Positions 34,658 to 43,809 of a DNA stretch of 64,000 nucleotides are shown here, piece after piece. Origin of the DNA: a virus (Duplodnaviria; Heunggongvirae; Uroviricota; Caudoviricetes). The stretch lies in IMG/VR virus record IMGVR_UViG_3300001687_001192, one strand, 5' to 3'. Each line of letters opens with the position of its first letter. The stretch's first letter is position 1. The notes below the pieces were generated by a model, which was not told the DNA's origin, searched no databases, and worked only from the letters and a program-made list of their open reading frames with translations. The position numbers and the translations under genes were made by a program.

Positions 34658-34878
34658 GATTTCAGCCGTTTAGTGTAGAATCGATCTTGATGGGTGGTCC
34701 AGTTGATTGGGAAGCTGCTGCCAGTTCTTTATCAAGAATGGGTATAGATATTCCCATAGAAAGTCTTAAAGAGTTTTGTAGAGAAAGAGGGATTGAAACG
34801 GGGCGGCAGTTTGCTGACTCGGTGTATGAAATTATCATGTACTTTACTGCTGGGGGATCTATTGGGCAAAGGAGTTAA
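34654..34878 (+). CDS. hypothetical protein
   Basis: ATGA overlap. Confidence 0.45.
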   Translation: MRFQPFSVESILMGGPVDWEAAASSLSRMGIDIPIESLKEFCRERGIETGRQFADSVYEIIMYFTAGGSIGQRS

Positions 34879-34979
34879 AGGACTGTGGATATGTGCTTGG
34901 GGTGTAGTACATCTAGTGGTTATTCACACCATCCGTTCTGGCATCGACCGCTTGATTAGCAAGTATTTATGGAGGTAAA

Positions 34980-35381
34980 ATGCGTGGCGAACTGTTATTG
35001 TGGATGTCTGTCTCTATATTAGTGATAATGGCTATTTGGCACATTATCACAGAGTTTATTAATTACATAAATGGAAAAAGGCGACTTTCCTTCGTCTTTC
35101 TTAAGGGTTCTTTCATAGTGTGTGCTATAATTCTTCTAATAATGTCTTATGGGAAGAGGATGTCAGAGGAGTCGATTAACGTTGGTGGAAGCGGCACTGT
35201 AGAGACAGTAACACAACGGAGAACAGACGAAGTGGCAAAGAAAAGAGTTGAAGAGGAGAAAGGAAAGATAAAGGTCGACAAGGAAAAGCAGAGGGAGGAT
35301 GAGGAAGAGGCGATAGAATCTATGGATGAATTCCGTAAGAGAATTATGAACAGAAGGAAAATCGAAGGAGAACAACAATGA
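34980..35381 (+). CDS. membrane protein with charged coiled-coil tail
   Basis: GGAGGTAAA-ATG. Confidence 0.55.
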   Translation: MRGELLLWMSVSILVIMAIWHIITEFINYINGKRRLSFVFLKGSFIVCAIILLIMSYGKRMSEESINVGGSGTVETVTQRRTDEVAKKRVEEEKGKIKVDKEKQREDEEEAIESMDEFRKRIMNRRKIEGEQQ

Positions 35382-36313
35382 AGAAATATCTAATCGTTCT
35401 TGGTCTTATTTCGCTGCTCGGTGTGTTTGGATGTAACGATACGGTTCCTCCTGGTCACGTTGGAATGGTGCGGACGCCTCAGGGATTAACAGGTGACGTA
35501 TTGGCGCCTGGATTACATACTTGTTGGGGCAGAGACAAGATGCAGTTGGTAGAAGTAAGTGATAAAACTTACAAACAGAAGATGAATGTTCTCTGTACGG
35601 ATGAACTAAATTTTGGTTTCTCTGTACACATCCTAGCATCTGTAAATAAATCTAAGAAGGAACTCATTAAGAGTGTATTCGAGAATGTTACGCCTTCAGA
35701 AGGTGGGGTTGTAACAGCGAGGCAGCTCTACGATATGTATGTGCGCCCGGTGGTCGACCAAGAGGCAAGGAAGGCTGTAGGTAAGTACGCCACTAGTCAA
35801 CTGGTAAAAAACAGGCTCAAGGTAATTCAAGAGACAGGAGCCTCGATTCAGGAGGCTTTGGGTGATAGTATTATGAACATTAAACGGATTTCCGTTACTA
35901 ACTTGGATTTTCCGGACTCTATCACTAAGGCCCAGGAACTTAAAGCTACACGCCGTGTCGAAATCGAGACCGAGAAGGCGGAACAAGAAAAACGCATTGT
36001 GATCGCTAAGAATAAGATCAAGACTGCTCAGCTCGAGTATAAGCGTAGGTTAATTGAGGCGGCTATGATCGCCGACGCCAATAAAATTATTGGCTCCTCG
36101 TTGTCTCAGGAATATTTGGCGTGGTGGCAGCTTAAAGTCTTCAGCAAGGCGGCGTTGGGTAACAATAACTGGGGTTTTATTCCCTATACCGATCATACCA
36201 ACCAGAAATTTGGTATTAAAAAGCTAGCCATTGATGCTGCATTGCGTAAACGTATTGAGCAGGCGCAATTAGCTGAGGCAGAGCAAAGAACTAAATACAA
36301 GGGGAAGAAATAA
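35378..36313 (+). CDS. SPFH/band-7 (HflK/C-like) domain lipoprotein
   Basis: lipobox LLGVFGC; VPPGHVGMVRT ... band-7 like core; ATGA overlap. Confidence 0.55.
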   Translation: MKKYLIVLGLISLLGVFGCNDTVPPGHVGMVRTPQGLTGDVLAPGLHTCWGRDKMQLVEVSDKTYKQKMNVLCTDELNFGFSVHILASVNKSKKELIKSVFENVTPSEGGVVTARQLYDMYVRPVVDQEARKAVGKYATSQLVKNRLKVIQETGASIQEALGDSIMNIKRISVTNLDFPDSITKAQELKATRRVEIETEKAEQEKRIVIAKNKIKTAQLEYKRRLIEAAMIADANKIIGSSLSQEYLAWWQLKVFSKAALGNNNWGFIPYTDHTNQKFGIKKLAIDAALRKRIEQAQLAEAEQRTKYKGKK

Positions 36314-36526
36314 ATGGATAAGAGGTCGACTTTAGCAGAATTGAAGGAGGAAGCGGACGAACTTTATGCTGCTATAGCAGAGTTAGAGAATAGGGCTCGA
36401 AGTTTAAAGGAGAAGCTCTCCCTGCGTGGTATTGACTCGTTTCGGGCCGAGGAAACAGTGTTGAGTCTAGTCGAGGCACAAGGCCGTCTCAGTAGACAAC
36501 TGAGCTACTTGGAGCTACCTGATTGA
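36314..36526 (+). CDS. small coiled-coil protein
   Basis: TAAATGG overlap. Confidence 0.5.
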   Translation: MDKRSTLAELKEEADELYAAIAELENRARSLKEKLSLRGIDSFRAEETVLSLVEAQGRLSRQLSYLELPD

Positions 36527-36544
36527 GAAATATGGAGGAGAAGT

Positions 36545-36799
36545 ATGAGAACGTTTAAGATAATTGCTCTTGTGATAGGCATCTTGGCCGTCATATTTCT
36601 GGCGGGTTATCTCGGTATTTGGGTGATGTTAGTTGGCGGCATTGTTCAGATTATCGAAGCTGCAGGTGTGTCTCCCGTTGATGCTCTCGGAGTAGCTATT
36701 GGAATCGTCCGTGTATTGGGCGCTGGATTCGTTGGCCTACTCATATTTTGGCTGGGGACATTAGTCATTGGGGGAATAGCCATATTTTCTAATAGGTAG
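36545..36799 (+). CDS. membrane protein (Gly-zipper-like)
   Basis: ATGGAGGAGAAGT-ATG. Confidence 0.5.
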   Translation: MRTFKIIALVIGILAVIFLAGYLGIWVMLVGGIVQIIEAAGVSPVDALGVAIGIVRVLGAGFVGLLIFWLGTLVIGGIAIFSNR

Positions 36800-36806
36800 G
36801 TTGCAC

Positions 36807-37292
36807 ATGGCATCTTTGAGCGATGTACTTTCACTTGCAAGGAAGGTTAGGAACGCGTTCGAAGAGATTGGTGAAAACAAAAGACTGGGCGGATTCTGTG
36901 CGCGGGCTTCTATACAATTACATTTAGCAGCTGAGCGAATGGGTATAAGAGGAGTAGATATATGTATAGGGCAAGGTCATGTCTATTGCATGTACAATGA
37001 CACAGTGATAGACGTTACCGCTACACAATTTGGTATAGAGGACGAGGTGTTTACGTCAAAGATACTAGACCTGAAAGAGACTGTTAATAAAGATGGCGTC
37101 CGAAGACACTCTAGCTGGGAACAATTAAATAGGTTCCATGATCTTGCAGATGGGTATAAGGTTGCCAAGCGTATAGGCAGTTGGGCGAACTGGTGGGTCT
37201 GTGACAAACAAACAATTGCAGACGACATGCACTATGTGCTTAAGCATACAGGTGAGCTGATTACTGACAGCATTGACGAGGCTACAGTGTAG
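36807..37292 (+). CDS. paralog pair member 1 (VRNAFEEIG ... GVDICIGQGHVYCMYNDTVIDVTATQFG)
   Basis: tandem paralog of 37309..37728. Confidence 0.55.
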   Translation: MASLSDVLSLARKVRNAFEEIGENKRLGGFCARASIQLHLAAERMGIRGVDICIGQGHVYCMYNDTVIDVTATQFGIEDEVFTSKILDLKETVNKDGVRRHSSWEQLNRFHDLADGYKVAKRIGSWANWWVCDKQTIADDMHYVLKHTGELITDSIDEATV

Positions 37293-37308
37293 TCATACGG
37301 TTAGCGAC

Positions 37309-37728
37309 ATGGTTCCATACGATCTTATTAAACTGGCAGAAAAAGTAAGAGCAGCATTTGAGGAGATAGGCTCCTGTAATTGCGACCTCGCAGGGTGGTG
37401 TGGTACAGCCTCATCTCACCTTGCCGAGGCTGCTAAAAGGTTGGGAATTCACGGCGTGGATATCTGCGTCGGCAGTGGCCACGTCTATTGTATGTATTCT
37501 GATAATATTATAGATATTACTGCTACGCAATTTGGAGTGCAAGATAAGGTTTTTATAGTGTCGTTGTTTGATTTGAAGGAAGAGCTTGCCAAGCGCCAAT
37601 TAGACAATTGGTTTTACTGGAAACAGACTTCTAGGAACATCGCACCGTATCCATTAAAATCAGAGCATCTGCAAGTAGTGCAGAGGCATACTGGTGAGCT
37701 TGCTGAGCAAAAGGAGGCAACAGTATAA
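37309..37728 (+). CDS. paralog pair member 2 (VRAAFEEIG ... GVDICVGSGHVYCMYSDNIIDITATQFG)
   Basis: in-frame ATG aligned with paralog 1 start. Confidence 0.55.
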   Translation: MVPYDLIKLAEKVRAAFEEIGSCNCDLAGWCGTASSHLAEAAKRLGIHGVDICVGSGHVYCMYSDNIIDITATQFGVQDKVFIVSLFDLKEELAKRQLDNWFYWKQTSRNIAPYPLKSEHLQVVQRHTGELAEQKEATV

Positions 37729-37733
37729 TCGAA

Positions 37734-37755
37734 GGCCGCAGTCTATGCTGCGGCC
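37734..37755 (+). terminator. perfect 8-bp GC hairpin ggccgcag-tctatg-ctgcggcc after stop codon
   Basis: stem-loop right after TAA of 37309..37728; no clear U-tract. Confidence 0.4.
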
Positions 37756-37760
37756 CACCT

Positions 37761-37814
37761 GCGTCCGTAGCTCATGGGGAGCAGTTGTATTGGGTTCGAT
37801 TCCCTACGGATGCG
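37761..37814 (+). ncRNA. tRNA-like element, 54 nt: acceptor gcgtccg/cggatgc, D arm gctc-atggg-gagc, T arm TTCGATT; anticodon arm absent
   Basis: T-loop consensus; followed by GCTAGGAGGTTGTA-ATG. Confidence 0.5.
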
Positions 37815-37827
37815 CTAGGAGGTTGTA

Positions 37828-38010
37828 ATGTTATACTGTATATGTCTCGGAATTGGAGAAGCTATAGTTGGAATTATATTGGTCGTGTTAGGGACTTTTA
37901 AACTTATCAAGAAGAAGAGGAAAAACCTGAAGGACGTATACTCTCAAGAAAAACGGCATACGATAGCACCTTGTTGTAAAATAGAACAGCCGGAAAAACA
38001 ATTAAGATAA
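37828..38010 (+). CDS. small membrane protein
   Basis: strong RBS. Confidence 0.45.
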   Translation: MLYCICLGIGEAIVGIILVVLGTFKLIKKKRKNLKDVYSQEKRHTIAPCCKIEQPEKQLR

Positions 38011-38109
38011 AGATATATCTGACGATAAATATCGGGGAGTAACCTTATACGTACGTGAAAAAGATCTAATGATAAGTCGTCTTATTAGAGTAAATCGAGG
38101 GGATGGAAG

Positions 38110-38364
38110 ATGCTTAGGAAATATATAGCCAAGAGACCATGCGACGTCATGGATAAATTACAGGCGGCATTTGTGCGCCAATTTAAAGACTTTATTGGCG
38201 ATGGTTGGTCCAGCTTTTCATGGGATCGTAACTTTGATGCTGCAAAGCAATTGGCTGACTGGGCTATTAGAGACGGAAAGTTAGACTTTGACGACGGAGA
38301 CCGCCGGGCACTTATGTTTTTGCTCGAGAATGCTGTAGCACTATTGAGAGAGGAAAAGAAATGA
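38110..38364 (+). CDS. hypothetical protein
   Basis: GAGGGGATGGAAG-ATG. Confidence 0.5.
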   Translation: MLRKYIAKRPCDVMDKLQAAFVRQFKDFIGDGWSSFSWDRNFDAAKQLADWAIRDGKLDFDDGDRRALMFLLENAVALLREEKK

Positions 38365-39218
38365 AGCTCATCACACTAAATCGAGCGCAGGTTGAGAAGG
38401 AGAATTGTATCCGGGACTCACACACCATTATTTCAATCTACAACTCTGGAGACGAGCCACCAAAGCTAAAGACTAACGAACACACTTTGGCCACTAAATT
38501 TTTCCAGTTCGATGACGTGGATTTGGAGGAGCCTGGCAAAGTAGTATTTAATGAGAATTTAGCTAGAGAGATTAAGAATTTTATATACGGGTGGCCTTCT
38601 GCTGAGATAGTAGTGTGCCAGTGTGAAGCGGGTCAAAGTAGGAGTGTCGGATTGGCGGCGGCCTTGGCCAAGTTCTTCAATGACGACGACTTGGAATTCT
38701 TTGAGGGTCCTGGCATGTACGCACCAGCTAGACTGCCCAACATGCATGTATACAGGGTAATGCTAAACCTTCTTCATGAGGAACCCTTAAAGATATATCG
38801 CCTCGTGTATAGTTGGGTTGATGATGACGATGAATCCTGGGATGAGTGCGTGGTTGTTGCAGAGGACTCGATCAAAGCTCTGTCAGCTGCCGGATACACG
38901 ACAGAAGATAAAGTGCATTGTGAATATATTGGCGTAGCGGCGCAGGGCGAAACTGGGACCGGAGTAATATGTCACGGTACACACGAGTACCCTAAAGGTC
39001 AGTCGCTTGATCGTGTAAAACTCGCAATGGACTTTTTTCCTCAGGCAGATGCCGGGGCGACTGGCACGATCCTAGGCGTTGAACTTACGTGCGATAAGAA
39101 ATTCATCCGTGTAGCATGGGATAAAGATAATGACAAGTGGCATGGCATGCCAGATAAGTTCTATAACGCAGTTTGGTTTGACGTGATAGAGGACGATGAA
39201 GAAGATTTGTCACAGTGA
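38361..39218 (+). CDS. Cys-based phosphatase (PTP/DSP superfamily, VCQCEAGQSRSVG = CxAGxxRS P-loop)
   Basis: CX5R signature; ATGA overlap. Confidence 0.55.
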   Translation: MKLITLNRAQVEKENCIRDSHTIISIYNSGDEPPKLKTNEHTLATKFFQFDDVDLEEPGKVVFNENLAREIKNFIYGWPSAEIVVCQCEAGQSRSVGLAAALAKFFNDDDLEFFEGPGMYAPARLPNMHVYRVMLNLLHEEPLKIYRLVYSWVDDDDESWDECVVVAEDSIKALSAAGYTTEDKVHCEYIGVAAQGETGTGVICHGTHEYPKGQSLDRVKLAMDFFPQADAGATGTILGVELTCDKKFIRVAWDKDNDKWHGMPDKFYNAVWFDVIEDDEEDLSQ

Positions 39219-39236
39219 TGATCAAAGGAGAAGGCT

Positions 39237-40247
39237 ATGACACGACGCGACGATGATGACATCGAGCAGGAAATTGAGGAAACTCAAGCCACGCAATGGC
39301 ATAAGTTTGGCGACATCTATTTTCCGGCCAAGCCGACTGTCAGCAGTTTGCCGCCTGGCTACTATAATGTTTTTAGTACCTATAACGGCCTTCGGTTTGA
39401 GAAAGTCGACATTTCTACTACCGGCATATTTCTGACTGGATCTCCTAATGCTCACGAGATCATTGCGGACATCGACACATTTTGGGATGCGAGAGCTTTG
39501 TTTGACGAGTATGAATTTCCATATAAACGTGGAGTTTTCTTGTCTGGCCCGCCAGGATCTGGAAAGACATGCATCATTAAATTAGCTGCTCAGAAGCTAA
39601 TTAAGAGGGGTGGCGCACTCTTGGACGTTGGGTCGAATGTCGGCATTATTGCGAGTGCTGTAAAGGAGGTTAGAACTATTCATCCCGCGATGCCGTTGAT
39701 TATAGTTATGGAAGACGTGGATCGATGGTTGCCTGATAGTGGTCCACAATATCTCATGAATACTATGGATGGGATAACGGCGATTAACGGCGTGTTGTTC
39801 GTCGCGACGGCTAATTGTACTGACGACTTGGACGACGCCATTATGGATAGGCCAGGGCGCTTCGATGTTCATTATAAAATCATGCCTCCGCGCGACGATG
39901 TGAGAAGGGATTTTATAACGCGATCTTTAAGGAGTCGGGCCGAGACAGAAGATATAGATAAATGGACACGTGATACGAATAGTTTATCCTTTGGACACAT
40001 TAAAGAGCTAGTCGTGTCCGTAGTAGTGTTTGGAAAAGATTACAGTAAAACTCTAGGTCGACTTATGTCGATGAGGGAGGGACAAAATGAGGATGCAGAG
40101 GAATCGGATCAAGAGTTTATTGAACAATTTCTTGGGAAAGCGAAACAGAGGACATTGCGTAAGGCTCAGTTTGTTTTTGGCGAAAGAAAAGCTCCGGTAA
40201 AAGCAACTCCGGCGCAGATGGAAAAGGCACTAAGGAAAAAGTCATGA
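39237..40247 (+). CDS. AAA+ ATPase (Walker A GPPGSGKT, Walker B IIVMEDVD, sensor RPGRFD)
   Basis: canonical AAA motifs; CAAAGGAGAAGGCT-ATG. Confidence 0.75.
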   Translation: MTRRDDDDIEQEIEETQATQWHKFGDIYFPAKPTVSSLPPGYYNVFSTYNGLRFEKVDISTTGIFLTGSPNAHEIIADIDTFWDARALFDEYEFPYKRGVFLSGPPGSGKTCIIKLAAQKLIKRGGALLDVGSNVGIIASAVKEVRTIHPAMPLIIVMEDVDRWLPDSGPQYLMNTMDGITAINGVLFVATANCTDDLDDAIMDRPGRFDVHYKIMPPRDDVRRDFITRSLRSRAETEDIDKWTRDTNSLSFGHIKELVVSVVVFGKDYSKTLGRLMSMREGQNEDAEESDQEFIEQFLGKAKQRTLRKAQFVFGERKAPVKATPAQMEKALRKKS

Positions 40248-40447
40248 GGCCCTCATCTAGAGATTACCACTTCAATATAGAATGGAATAGTGAAGATAGA
40301 CTCTATTATGCCAGATGCGTGGAGATTCCCTGTTGTACGGGACAGGGTGCAGATATCCTTATTGCAGTTGTAAGTGCTAGAAACTCTGTAAGAGATTATC
40401 TAGAGTATCGAGAAGAATTGGGAATGCCGTATCCGGTCCCAGAGTGA
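40244..40447 (+). CDS. HicB-like (UPF0150) antitoxin-fold protein
   Basis: YHFNIEWxxEDRLYYARCVEIPCCTGQGADI ... YPVPE pattern; ATGA overlap. Confidence 0.45.
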   Translation: MRPSSRDYHFNIEWNSEDRLYYARCVEIPCCTGQGADILIAVVSARNSVRDYLEYREELGMPYPVPE

Positions 40448-40459
40448 AGGAGAGTTACC

Positions 40460-40756
40460 ATGAAGAAATTTGCCATTCTTATCCTTATATTTTTACTTGG
40501 CTTTGCCTGTACGACTGCTTGTATTATCGTAGGCTTTGCTGGCTGTACGGCGCAACAAAGGGCAAAGAAGTTTGGTGGAAGCGCTACAATTAATATTCCA
40601 CAAAGTGAGAAGTTAGTAATCGTGACCTGGAAAGATGATGATCTGTGGTTACTTACTCGTACTCGCAGAAATAATGAAAAACCGGAGACTTATAAGTTTC
40701 AGGAAAGTAGCTCCTGGGGTGTGCTTGAAGGGACGATTACAATTAAGGAGCGGTAA
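40460..40756 (+). CDS. lipoprotein
   Basis: GAAGGAGAGTTACC-ATG; lipobox LLGFAC. Confidence 0.5.
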   Translation: MKKFAILILIFLLGFACTTACIIVGFAGCTAQQRAKKFGGSATINIPQSEKLVIVTWKDDDLWLLTRTRRNNEKPETYKFQESSSWGVLEGTITIKER

Positions 40757-41085
40757 TGGATAACGAAAAGGTGCTTGTTGTGGCCGTAAAGTATGCGCCG
40801 CAAAAAATTATAAAAGCAAAGCCTTTCAGAGAGGGCGATCTTCAGGAGCCGTGTATTGGCAAGAGTTACTTTTGCTGCGGCTTGATCACTAGCGCGGTAG
40901 ATAGTTTCTCACCTCTAGAAGAAGGAGGCTGGCTTGTTAAGACCATGAACAGCACATATAAGTTTCTTAGGTGCACAGTTGAAGAGGTTGAAGGACTGGT
41001 AAAGGAATTAGGACTTGTAGGTCCATTGCAATATAATCCTCCGTCCCTGTCATTTTATTGGAAAGAAAAGGAACAGACCAACTAA
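40756..41085 (+). CDS. hypothetical protein
   Basis: TAATGG overlap. Confidence 0.5.
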   Translation: MDNEKVLVVAVKYAPQKIIKAKPFREGDLQEPCIGKSYFCCGLITSAVDSFSPLEEGGWLVKTMNSTYKFLRCTVEEVEGLVKELGLVGPLQYNPPSLSFYWKEKEQTN

Positions 41086-41645
41086 TGAGTGATTTATTTT
41101 TCTCTACGAGACCCAAGCCGTTTGCGGGGATGTTAATATATGGTTCGCGTTCGCTGAGGGGTCGTAGTGTATGGTGGCGGCTTGCCGAGCCAGATCAGAA
41201 CCCCAGGTGGGTTAATACAGCTTGGATGTTAATAGATACAGAAGGCGTCATTACGACACAGTATGTCGAGACAGCTGTGTCTAAGTCTGAAGTGTCAGCC
41301 CAATACCGTCTGCCGGGAGAACCTGGGTGTCCGCCAATTCCAGATTTCCTGCAGCATACATATAAAGATGGAGACCTGTATTACTTTTTCAGCGATATGA
41401 CTAAAAAGTGGCAGAATACTGCTCCTCTCTTTACCATGGATCCCATAACTGGAGCGTTTGTTTTTGACTCGCGAGAGACATACGTACCAGACTTCTCAGC
41501 TAGGGCGCTATATCGACCTCCGAACGGCGTTCAGGTTGTTGAGTCTGGCGTTTATTGTACGTGTTCCACACCAAACCTAGCTGTCACGGGCATCGGTCCT
41601 TTGGTAATTCGTTCCTGCAGAAATTGTAAACTTGAGGTGAGATAA
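41085..41645 (+). CDS. distant family-A-like protein (RLPGEPGCPPIPDF; C-terminal CTCSTPNLAVTGIGPLVIRSCRNCKLEV zinc ribbon)
   Basis: TAATG overlap; shares LPGEP and C-terminal zinc-ribbon motifs. Confidence 0.55.
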   Translation: MSDLFFSTRPKPFAGMLIYGSRSLRGRSVWWRLAEPDQNPRWVNTAWMLIDTEGVITTQYVETAVSKSEVSAQYRLPGEPGCPPIPDFLQHTYKDGDLYYFFSDMTKKWQNTAPLFTMDPITGAFVFDSRETYVPDFSARALYRPPNGVQVVESGVYCTCSTPNLAVTGIGPLVIRSCRNCKLEVR

Positions 41646-41649
41646 TCGT

Positions 41650-43005
41650 ATGGATATAAATGCTATAGACATACCTAGTCAAGTTTTAGAAGTGTGCCGT
41701 CGCCTCAGAGATGTCGGATACGAAAGTTATTTGGTAGGTGGCGCTTTAAGGGATCATATAGTTGGTCGCGTACCTAAAGACTACGACGTAGCTACAAACG
41801 CTCTACCTGATAAAGTCACAACATTATTTAAGAAAGTGGTCCCTACTGGGTTACAGTTTGGGACAGTGTCTGTACATTTGGGCGGCATGGAAATAGAAGT
41901 AACCACATATAGATCAGATGGTCGGTACTTAGATGGTAGAAGGCCGTCCGAAGTTTCGTTCGCAAATTCGGTCGAGGAAGATTTGGCTCGCCGGGATTTC
42001 ACAATAAATGCGCTAGCCTTCGACCCGATCGGAGAATCGAGAGTTATCGACCCATTCGGCGGAGAGTCAGATATATATAGCAAACGCATCAGGGCGGTAG
42101 GAGATCCGGCCGCAAGATTCGCCGAAGACGGCTTGCGGGCGATGAGAGCTGTTCGGTTCGCTGCACAGTTAGGCTTTACCATAGAGGCTCCCACATTCAA
42201 GGCTATTAAGCGCTCGTATGACGTGTTTGAGAAAATAAGTATGGAGCGTATCAGGGACGAGCTGATCAAGGTACTTGAGTCAGAGCATCGCACTTATGGA
42301 GTCGAGTTACTCGTGTCATCTGGACTAATGGCCCATATCATACCGGCCATTTCACGGATGCAGGGATGCGTTCAGAACAGATACCATAATAAGGATGTGT
42401 ACGGCCATTCTCTGGCTACTCTCCTTGGAGTAGTACAAAAAGATTACATCCTAAGACTGGCCGGGCTGTTACATGACATTGGAAAACCTGATACATCTGT
42501 ACTGGACAGGGATCGGAATGGTGCATTTAAGTTCCCAGAACACGAACGAGTCGGAGCTTTATATGTCGAGGCTATATCTAAGCGGCTTAAATTCTCTAGA
42601 GAAGATGTTATAAGGCTTACACACTTAGTGCGCTATCATATGAGACTAGCGGCACCGCCAAAGTCTGACGCTGGGCTGAGGAAAATGATTAGGAAATTGG
42701 GGCGTGAGCATATTGATGACTTTATAGCACTTAGAAGGGCAGATCTATTCGACTCGCCTAATAAAGATCACTTACTTTTTGATTTGGATGGCGTATCGCA
42801 GCGGATTGATAGGATATTAGCTGAGAAACATCCATTGGAAATGAGAGACCTTGCCGTGTCTGGGAATGACATAATGGAGCATTTGGGCATTGAATCTGGC
42901 CCGCGCGTCGGGCAAGTTTTGTCATTTCTAATGAATAAGGTACTTGAGCAACCGTTACTAAACGAAAAGGAAAAATTATTGGAGCTTGCAAATGAGTACA
43001 GGTAA
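41650..43005 (+). CDS. cca: CCA-adding tRNA nucleotidyltransferase with HD domain
   Basis: GGALRD...DYD head-domain motifs, RRDFTINA, HD motif HDIGK; 451 aa. Confidence 0.85.
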   Translation: MDINAIDIPSQVLEVCRRLRDVGYESYLVGGALRDHIVGRVPKDYDVATNALPDKVTTLFKKVVPTGLQFGTVSVHLGGMEIEVTTYRSDGRYLDGRRPSEVSFANSVEEDLARRDFTINALAFDPIGESRVIDPFGGESDIYSKRIRAVGDPAARFAEDGLRAMRAVRFAAQLGFTIEAPTFKAIKRSYDVFEKISMERIRDELIKVLESEHRTYGVELLVSSGLMAHIIPAISRMQGCVQNRYHNKDVYGHSLATLLGVVQKDYILRLAGLLHDIGKPDTSVLDRDRNGAFKFPEHERVGALYVEAISKRLKFSREDVIRLTHLVRYHMRLAAPPKSDAGLRKMIRKLGREHIDDFIALRRADLFDSPNKDHLLFDLDGVSQRIDRILAEKHPLEMRDLAVSGNDIMEHLGIESGPRVGQVLSFLMNKVLEQPLLNEKEKLLELANEYR

Positions 43006-43201
43006 ATTCACTGTTTGGGCTTTGACCCCGACAGCTCCCAATTGGATTGATTGGTGCGAAGTTGGAAAAACGGATAGTCTAGAGGAAGCTAGGAGTGTTG
43101 GAGCGAAGTGCGGTTACAAATGTTGGGGGATTAGGAAAACATCGGAAGTAAAGCCTAGTTACGTATGTGGCGGGCTAGATGATGGAAGATGGCTCAAGTG
43201 A
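42986..43201 (+). CDS. hypothetical protein
   Basis: overlap. Confidence 0.45.
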   Translation: MQMSTGKFTVWALTPTAPNWIDWCEVGKTDSLEEARSVGAKCGYKCWGIRKTSEVKPSYVCGGLDDGRWLK

Positions 43202-43208
43202 GGTGAGA

Positions 43209-43421
43209 ATGGGCAACAAGAAACGGCCGATAGTCGAACACGTTAAAAGAAGGGGACCTAAACCACCCCAAACCTTTGTATACAGGGAAATAGTGCGAGT
43301 AGATAAAGAAAAATCTAATAGGATGATCGCGGTGATGGAGAAGCTGACACGAGACGTTGCCCATGCTATCTCTGTAGCTAAATTTCGCCTTATGGATCTC
43401 AGGAAAGGTTTAGGAAAGTAA
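43209..43421 (+). CDS. small basic protein
   Basis: GTGAGGTGAGA-ATG in track ORF 43179..43421. Confidence 0.4.
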   Translation: MGNKKRPIVEHVKRRGPKPPQTFVYREIVRVDKEKSNRMIAVMEKLTRDVAHAISVAKFRLMDLRKGLGK

Positions 43422-43422
43422 A

Positions 43423-43809
43423 ATGTCGTTTGAGGGATATTATCAGATCCTTTGCAGTAATGGGCATGAGACTTGTGTAGATTGCTACGACCACCCACAT
43501 TTTGGGAAAGAGGAGACAGACGAATTCGGAACGAGGTATCCGTGGAAATGTCATTGTGGAGCTAACGCTACTTGGTGGAACCTGGTTGATGTTACAAATG
43601 GTTCATCTTGTACAGCATGCGACGGTGTTGAAGAATGCGAATGGTGTATGGATGGGCGTGTAGACGGATGCGTGACACTTGAAGAGAAGGCACCTTCCAA
43701 ACGTTGTAAGTGTAATAAATGTGGTAATTCGCACTTAGCGGAGGAAGCTACATATAAAGTTCCGCTGAAGTCATGTGGTCACCATATTGGAGAGGAGAAT
43801 GAAAAATGA
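43423..43809 (+). CDS. Cys-rich zinc-binding protein (multiple CxxC pairs)
   Basis: TAAAATGTCG. Confidence 0.55.
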   Translation: MSFEGYYQILCSNGHETCVDCYDHPHFGKEETDEFGTRYPWKCHCGANATWWNLVDVTNGSSCTACDGVEECEWCMDGRVDGCVTLEEKAPSKRCKCNKCGNSHLAEEATYKVPLKSCGHHIGEENEK

